A stretch of 64,000 bases of DNA from Octopus bimaculoides (taxonomy: Eukaryota): assembly GCF_001194135.2 (NCBI RefSeq), contig NC_068998.1, positions 28,056,753-28,120,752 of the forward strand, read 5' to 3'. The notes beneath the pieces are model-generated. The model searched no databases, was not told the origin of the DNA, and was given only the letters and a program-made list of their open reading frames with translations. Made by a program: the position numbers and the translations under genes. Below, in pieces: positions 51,901 through 60,300 of this stretch. Within the stretch, counting starts at the first letter, position 1. Each line of letters begins with the position of its first letter.

Positions 51901-54900
51901 AGAAAAATGAGTATAACAATCCTTCAGATTAAATATTATTTTCTTTATACCAGCTCTATTGTATAGAATCACTTCCATAATTATGGTCATATGGCATCAT
52001 ATGAACTACTTTATTAGACACTTAGAAAACTACCAACCATTATTTTTTTTCATCAGCTTATATATATATATTTTCAGTGGGTTTGTTAGCAATACTAAAT
52101 AACCATGACATTCAATCACCACTGACTACCTTACACTCAACATATTCAAGGTAAGTGCTCATTATTTCAATACCCACCAAAAAAAAAAAAAGAAAAGAAA
52201 AAAAGAAAACCTATGTCACTACTCAATTTGCTCCAGCAAATAAAAGCAACCACATAGGTTAAATAATAACCAGATCTCTCTCAAATAGTACACACTCATC
52301 TTAAAAAAAGGAAGAATACAACAGACAGTATAATTCTAAATACATCTTGAAAATCAGATGGGATGGTCATGGCTGAAATGCTCTGATCACAGGTCTGCTC
52401 AATAAGGGCAAATCTGGTGTTAAATAACATCAGCCATTTTATGCTATATTGATATATTTTTTTTATTGCCTGTAGATAAGAAAATAATCTACCTCCAAAA
52501 TACAAAACAACAACCTAAAACCTCACTAGACAATCTTGATTTCACTAAAACTCACTACTACTGTAATATAACTATTCAACTCAGGTCAGTGTCCTTAGAA
52601 ACACAATAAAAATAGAAATGATGACAAAGTGAACAGATAGTGATAACTAAACTTGTATATTCAAAAACAAAAACAAAACACACTTCCCCTTTCTTCAGTT
52701 GATTAGGCCTATCAGATGACTGACTAAATTACTCTACTTCTAGCTTGAATGACTTCAAGATAAGATCCACTGTCTTCTGGCTTCACCAATAAAAACAGCT
52801 GAACTCAACACTACAAACTAATGAGTAACTTGTCGATTTTAGTGCTGCCACTTCTAACAATAGTGAGTTCTTTTTACTCTAAAGTATCTACTTTCAGCTG
52901 AATGGATAGCATCATTTGAGAACCATATGTTTTCACCAAAGAAAATATACAGTGCTGGTAATAAGAGATGAAGTGCCAACCCTCAGAAGATAGTTATCCC
53001 ACCAACTCAGTTAGCCAGGATTTCTTATAGAAAAAAAAAAAAAGAACAGAACTCTAGCTGAAATGTTCACATTTACAGATGTTACACTATAAGTGTATAT
53101 AATATACATACAGAAAAGCCTTAGGAGTCTAAATAGAAAAAATACTCAGTTAATGTAAAATCTAACAAATTTAAATAAATATAATAAAATAAACTTGAAG
53201 CTAAATTATGATGCTCAGCTCAATCCATAATTTAAACATTCAATCTTTGCTACAAGCAATGTAATGTTTCAGCTAAGCAGCTTATATGAAAATACAGTAT
53301 CATATATGAAAATTTTATGTGAGGGAGAGAGGTTTGGCACAAAAATCTTGCAGCAACAATATAAGCAAATAGTAGAAGAGAAAGACATATTAAAGACAGT
53401 TTTGAAGGCTACTAATTAAAAACATATTAAGTTAGTGTATAACAAAACATTAGGTCAACTTTGATTGAGCAGACCTACGATTAATGGCATTCCAGCTGTG
53501 ACCATCCTGTCTATTAAGGGTTACTGAGGACTACATTGTTCAATGTGCCCTTCCCTTTTAAGATAATAGGTGTGATTTGAGGGAAAATTTGGCTGCTATT
53601 TCTAGCAAGTAAACCAGCTGTAAAGAGGTTCCCTCATAGGCTCAACAATAGCAAAATATTACTGCAAAGGTTATTTTTTAACCTTCTAATAAATGTAATT
53701 AAACAATATCAATAATTTATAACTTTATTATTGTTATAATGTACAAATTAAAACAAAAATACCCAATGTTTCTATGATACTATTTTATCAAGAATTTCAG
53801 ACTTGAATCTAATCCAAGATTTCAGTATTCAACAGTCAAAGTGCTTCTTCACTGATCTCAGAGGTACATGCATTCTTGCCATAGATAATGAACAGTGAAC
53901 AGTTACAGTTTCATTGTTTGTGGTTTATTCCAAGAACACTTTTACATCTAGATTAACTCTCTGCTTAACTTGTAGTCATTTGCAACAAAATAACATAATA
54001 GTTTTAAATGTTTTGAATATGTGACAACATAACTCTAAAATCCATATTGAAAACCCTACAAAAGTCTAGATTTAACATGTTACTAACACAATAGCACAAA
54101 CTATTACTCGCAGCAAGACTGTAAGATGTTTATGTTGGACAGGTACTATTATGGAACCAACTGTCTTACCCATTAGAATAGTGGTAGACAGTCTCCTGAC
54201 TTGAGCCACTGCTGCCACAGCTGGTTTTGCCACCGCCTGGGTTGGGGGAATACCATGTAATGCTGCAATGAAATAACATGCAACAGGAATAGGATGGTGA
54301 AGCCCATCAATGGAAAATAAATAAAATAAAGATAAAGGATGCATAAGTCTGAAATAAAACAATATTCTTTTGACAGAACTGTAAAAAAAATAACTGACAA
54401 CCTAAGAAGAAAAAAGCAGAAAAAGTCAACAGAAGAAAAAAATACTTGGTTTCATATAAGTTTTACATGTATTGAAGTATATAGAAATTCAGATACAGTA
54501 ATCCCTCGTCCATCGCTAGTGTTACGTTACAAAATAGGTGAAAATCCACAAAGTACTGTACATTTTTTAAAACTAATTTTTATAATTTGTATATATTTAT
54601 TGTATTATAAATGCAAAACACCACCACAGAGGAATCAATGATAGGTGAACCACGACATAGTGAGGGATTACTGTATACAAGAATTGTGCAGCATCTGAAA
54701 GACATAATTGGTATCTATTACCCATCCTCTAATTATAGCTGAAACATTAAATATTTCATTCACAAATAATTTACAAGTTCAACAAGTCTCATGTTCTCTC
54801 AATGGCAGTTGAAAATTTATATATTTAAATAGAGATTGATGTCCATGTGACTCCTACCCAGATATTCAAGTTGTCATTAAACATGATTTCATTACGGCTC

Positions 54901-56768
54901 ACATTGTCCAAGAAAGGATTTTAATCAAACTTCAAAAATGTTCTCACACCCATGAACATCTCTTTTACACTTAGAATTCTCTTTCATTCACTTTCCAATT
55001 AGAACTTAAAACATACAATACTCTAAACCAAAACCTAGTTGCATTATCAGTATGATCTTTAAATAGTTTCTAGGAATATGAAGGCCATTCTAAATATTGT
55101 ACCAATGTACATGATGCCAAATAGTGAGCATCTTTAATATACTTAGCTTCAATGAGTTTGGTTGCATGATTTTTTTAGTTTCCACATTTTGAAGATCTTT
55201 ATACTGTAACCACAGATACACAAAGGAGAGCAACCATTCAGTATTGACAAATAATATCCTTTGGAAGGTTATATTAATTAAATGAATGACAAACAACAGG
55301 TGATCACATGTGTGTGNNNNNNNNNNNNNNNNNNNNNNNNNNNNNNNNNNNNNNNNNNNNNNNNNNNNNNNNNNNNNNNNNNNNNNNNNNNNNNNNNNNN
55401 NNNNNNNNNNNNNNNNCACACCACAACTGATGCTTCTTAGGTTCAACTTTTCTCTCAAGTTACTTAAAGTCTGTCGAGTATGCACACTGACATTACACAT
55501 CCAGCAGAGCATACTGGCTTCATTCCTTGCAAGCTCACACATGTCCTCAGCAGTCACGGCCCATGTTTCACTGCCATGGCTGTTCATACACATGCGTCAT
55601 ACAGTCTGCCTTTTACTTTGAGTGAGAAGCCCTTTGTTACCAGCAGAGGTAAGAGCTCTCTGAACTTTGCTCAGGCTATTCTTATTCTAGCAGCTACACT
55701 TTCAGTGCACCTTCCCCCACTACTAACTTGGTCACCTAGATAGCGGAAGCTATCAACTACATCTAGTTTTTCTTCCTGGAATGTGGCAGAAGTTGTTTTT
55801 TCCACATTTTCAGTGTTTATTGCTCCTGAACATCTGCCACATACAAAGACTAACTTCCTAGTTAACCTTCCTTTAATATTGCTGCACCTCTTTATGTGTC
55901 CATAGCTTACACTGGGTACATCTTATAGAGTTTCTACCTATGCCTTTTCTACAGATCGAGCAGGGCCATCTACCTGAAGGGGTTTGTGTTTTGTCTACCT
56001 TTCTAATTATTAGGACTTTGGTTTTAGCTAGGTTGACTCTAAGGCCCTTCGATTCTAGTCCTTGCTTCCACACCTGAAACTTCTCCTCTAGTTCTGATAG
56101 TGACTCAGTAATTAGTGCAAGATCATCAGCATAGAGGAGCTCCCAGGGGCATCCTGTCTTGAATTCCTCTGTTATTGCCTGGAGGACTATGATAAATAGG
56201 AGGGGGCTGAGGACCGAACCTTGGTGGACCCCTACCTTTACCTGGAATTCTTCACTGTACTCGTTGCCAACCCTCACCTTACTGACAGCGTCCCTGTACA
56301 TGGCTCGCACAGCTCTCACTAACCATTCTTCTATCCCAAGTTTCCTCATTGACCACCAGATAAGGGATCGGGGCACCCTGTCAACAAAAGCCAGGTACAG
56401 AGGTTTATCTTTGGCTAGGTATTTTTCCTGCAGCTGTCTTACCAGAAATATAGCATCAGTGGTGCTTTTCCCTGGCACGAACCCAAACTGCATCTAATCT
56501 AAACTGACTCTCTCTCTAGGGCCTCTCACTCAGAGTAAAAGGCAGACTGTATGATGCATGTGTACGAACAACCATGCTACATGGCAGATCGAGCAGGGCC
56601 ATCTACCTGAAGGGGTTTTAGCTAGGTTGACTCTAAGGCCCTTTGATTCTATTCCTTGCTTCCACAGCTGAAACTTCTCCTCTAGTTCTGATAGTGACTC
56701 AGCAATTAGAGCAAGGTCATCAGCATAGAGGAGTTCCCAGGGGCAAATATATGATATATATATATATG

Positions 56769-56822
<54 letters not shown>

Positions 56823-57310
56823 CATTGAAGAGTTTCCTATATTTATGATTATTTGGAAAGTGCTTATCTATAAGAGACAAGAAATATTTACCAATATAAA
56901 AAGTGACTTTGGGGGAGAAAGGGAGTGTAAACCAGATAATTTTCCTGTGTCTATGTTTTCTTTTCTTTATTTTCTGATCAATAACAGGGGTATAAGCTAT
57001 TTTATTTTTTTCACAGCATCTATCATCAAAAATAGCCTATTAAAATGCCCCGAAGCTTCTAGCTCCACCATTTGAAACTGAGTCCTCTTATGACAACTTA
57101 CTGATTATCTTATTCTATATATAAATATATATATAAATTCCTCTAGTTTCATAATATCGAGGTTTCATTTTTTTTTTGTCATTTTATTGTTATACATATA
57201 TGTGTATATATATAAAGAAGAATTTATATATATATATATATGAGAGCACATATATATGTATATACTCACACACACACATATATACATACATACATATATA
57301 TTCATGTATA

Positions 57311-57396
<86 letters not shown>

Positions 57397-60300
57397 GTAC
57401 TTGCAAACAGGTAGAGAGGATGGAGGTCGGCTGCAGAGTTAAAGGTCATCATACAAAATACAGGAAAGAACAAAATGGAAAAAAAAATAGATGACAGAAG
57501 GAGAAATAGCCTGAAGGACTATAGAGATTTTCATGAACAGTAGAGACAATAGAAAAACAGAGAAAAGAAGAAGCTTCAGTAAGAGAAAGAGTCATAACAA
57601 GAGTAAAGAATACAAAGAGCATACACAGACACACAATTAAGTAATGCACACAAAAATGTGACAAAAAGAAAGAAGGGATTGGTAGAGAAAGGAAGGGAGA
57701 GCAATATGCACACACACACACACACATGCTCTTAAATGCACAAACAGTGAAGGTCAAACACTGGAACATGCTCATACATAGGAGGCGAGGAAGGAAATTC
57801 TAGATGCAAAAGCAGAAATCTGAGGGAAACAGGAGATAAAGAGCAGTATTAAAATATCCTTTATTTTAAGCCAGGGTAAGAGAGGAGATCCCAGGTCAAA
57901 TAAAAGAGCATTGATTGTGTCTACTGAGAGTGAACAAGATACAGTACCGGATCAATCTATAGATAGCAATAGTAATGGAATGAATGATTCGATTGATGTC
58001 TGTCTATTAGTTTTAAGACATTCCAGCTGTTGTCTCATAAATCAAAACTGTCTCCATAAGTTTGTTCAATAAAGAAGTAGACAATAGATAATAAATAATA
58101 CAGTTAATATGACAATGCAAAAAAGTATCATTAATTATTGATTAATATTTTTTCCTTTTATCATCTCCTATACAAATATATGTTCTGACCATTAAATATG
58201 CCATTCACAAAACTATTCTAATTATCCAGTGAATAATATTAATGTGTGATTCATTTGAAACTCTGAGTACTCTTATGACAACTTACTGATTGTCTTATAC
58301 TATATATATATACATATATATATATATATAAATTCCTCTATTTTCATAATATCGAGGTTTCATTCTTTTGTTGTCATTTTATTGTTATTAATTAATATAT
58401 TCCATATGGTGCAGTAATGATGGACTTGTTCTATCATTTACTATGATCCACTAATATAATTCTATGTTGCAATGGTTCTACTTCTAAAAGATCAACCATA
58501 TTTTAACTTTTAGTTAAAATATTAGGTCATTTCCTGTCCAAATCAGTAAGGTTATTTCTTACCTTAACCCTTTAGTGTTCAGATTACTCAGTTAAATGTA
58601 ATACTTTTTCACTTAAATTGTTTTGAATTAACTATGCATTATCTTATAGCTTTGAAGTTTCAGTGAGGTAATTGTTTATTTTTAGAATGTCAGTGTAGGT
58701 TAGGTGTGAGAGGCTAGATATCGCCAGTTTGAATATAAAACATGTAGAATATATTGGGGCGGATATGGCTGGTTTAAACACTAAAGGGTTAAATACACTA
58801 TGGATCTGCATCACAAATCTACCTCTCTTACAAAACAATGTCACACACTATTCTCTACATCAAATCACATTCCTAAAGAATATCTTATTATGTAACTACT
58901 GCAGTTTATTATACATTAACACTTCAGTATATTCAATAGAGTAGTAGCTGACATATATCATCATCATCATCATCATCGTTTAACGTCCGCTTTCCATGCT
59001 AGCATGGATTGGACGATTTGACTGAGGACTGGTGAACCAGATGGCTGCACCAGGCTCCAATCTGATCTGGCAGAGTTTCTACAGCTGGATGCCCTTCNNN
59101 NNNNNNNTCTGATCTGGCAGAGTTTCTACAGCTGGATGCCCTTCCTAACGCCAACCACTCCGAGAGTGTAGTGGGTGCTTTTACGTGCCACCAGCATGAA
59201 GGCCAGTCATGCGGTACTGGCAACGGCCACGCTCAAAATGGTGCATTTTATGTCCCACCTACAGAGGAGCCAGTCCAGCAGCACTGGCAACGATCTCACT
59301 CGAATGTCTTTACACGTGCCACCGGCACAAGTGCCAGGAAGGCGACGCTGCGCACAGGTGCCATCACAATTTCGCTTTCACTTGCCCCAACNNNNNNNNN
59401 NNNNNNNNNNNNNNNNNNNNNNNNNNNNNNNNNNNNNNNNNNNNNNNNNNNNNNNNNNNNNNNNNNNNNNNNNNNNNNNNNNNNNNNNNNNNNNNNNNNN
59501 NNNNNNNNNNNNNNNNNNNNNNNNNNNNNNNNNNNNNNNNNNNNNNNNNNNNNNNNNNNNNNNNNNNNNNNNNNNNNNNNNNNNNNNNNNNNNNNTCGAT
59601 TTCGAATTCACTTGCCTCAACAGGACTTCGCAAGTGGAGTTTAGTGTCCAATGAAGGAAAGTACACATAAGTGGGCTGGCTACCCCCCTGGCAGAGGCCT
59701 TGGATTTAGGTCTCACTTAGCTTGCTGGGTCTTCTCACGCACAGCATATTTCCAAAGGTCTCAGTCAGAAGTCATCGCCTCGGTGAGGCCCAATGTTCGA
59801 AGGTCTTGCCTCACCACCTCATCCCAGGTCTTCCTGGGCCTGCCTCTTCTACAGGTTCCCGCAACTGCTAGGGTGTGGCACTTTTTCACACAGCTATCCT
59901 CATCCATTCTCGCCACATGACCATACCAGCACAATCGTCTCTCTTGCACACCACAACTGATGCTTCTTAGGTTCAATTTTTCTCTGAAGGTACTTACACT
60001 CTGTCTAGTATGCACGCTGACATTACACATCCTGCAATCGTATTGTTCAAACTAAGTAATTTTGAATTTTGTATCAACTGACAAAATCAGTTGTGACACC
60101 AAAATGTCACTGGCTCCAGTCTGTGTCAAAATAGAAACCTAATATCCACCTTATTGCTCTTCTTAGATCTTTGGCTTTCATCATCTTCATTTCCACATTA
60201 TATAAAACAGTAATTAAGATTTAACACAACAAATTAATCTATACTCATTATCAGTTTTATTCATGCTTAGCTACTACAAACTTTGGCAATCTGATTAAAT

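Noticed and set aside
52330-52440. Possible CPY/CPFH-like second insertion exon
   Set aside because: It reads ICPY then stop, and belongs to a dispersed repeat also seen near 53460 and 62250.
54072-54400. Track ORFs of 96 aa and 75 aa on the minus strand
   Set aside because: These are alternative frames over the cassette exon. Only the third frame fits the splice phases and the PNPGGG homology.
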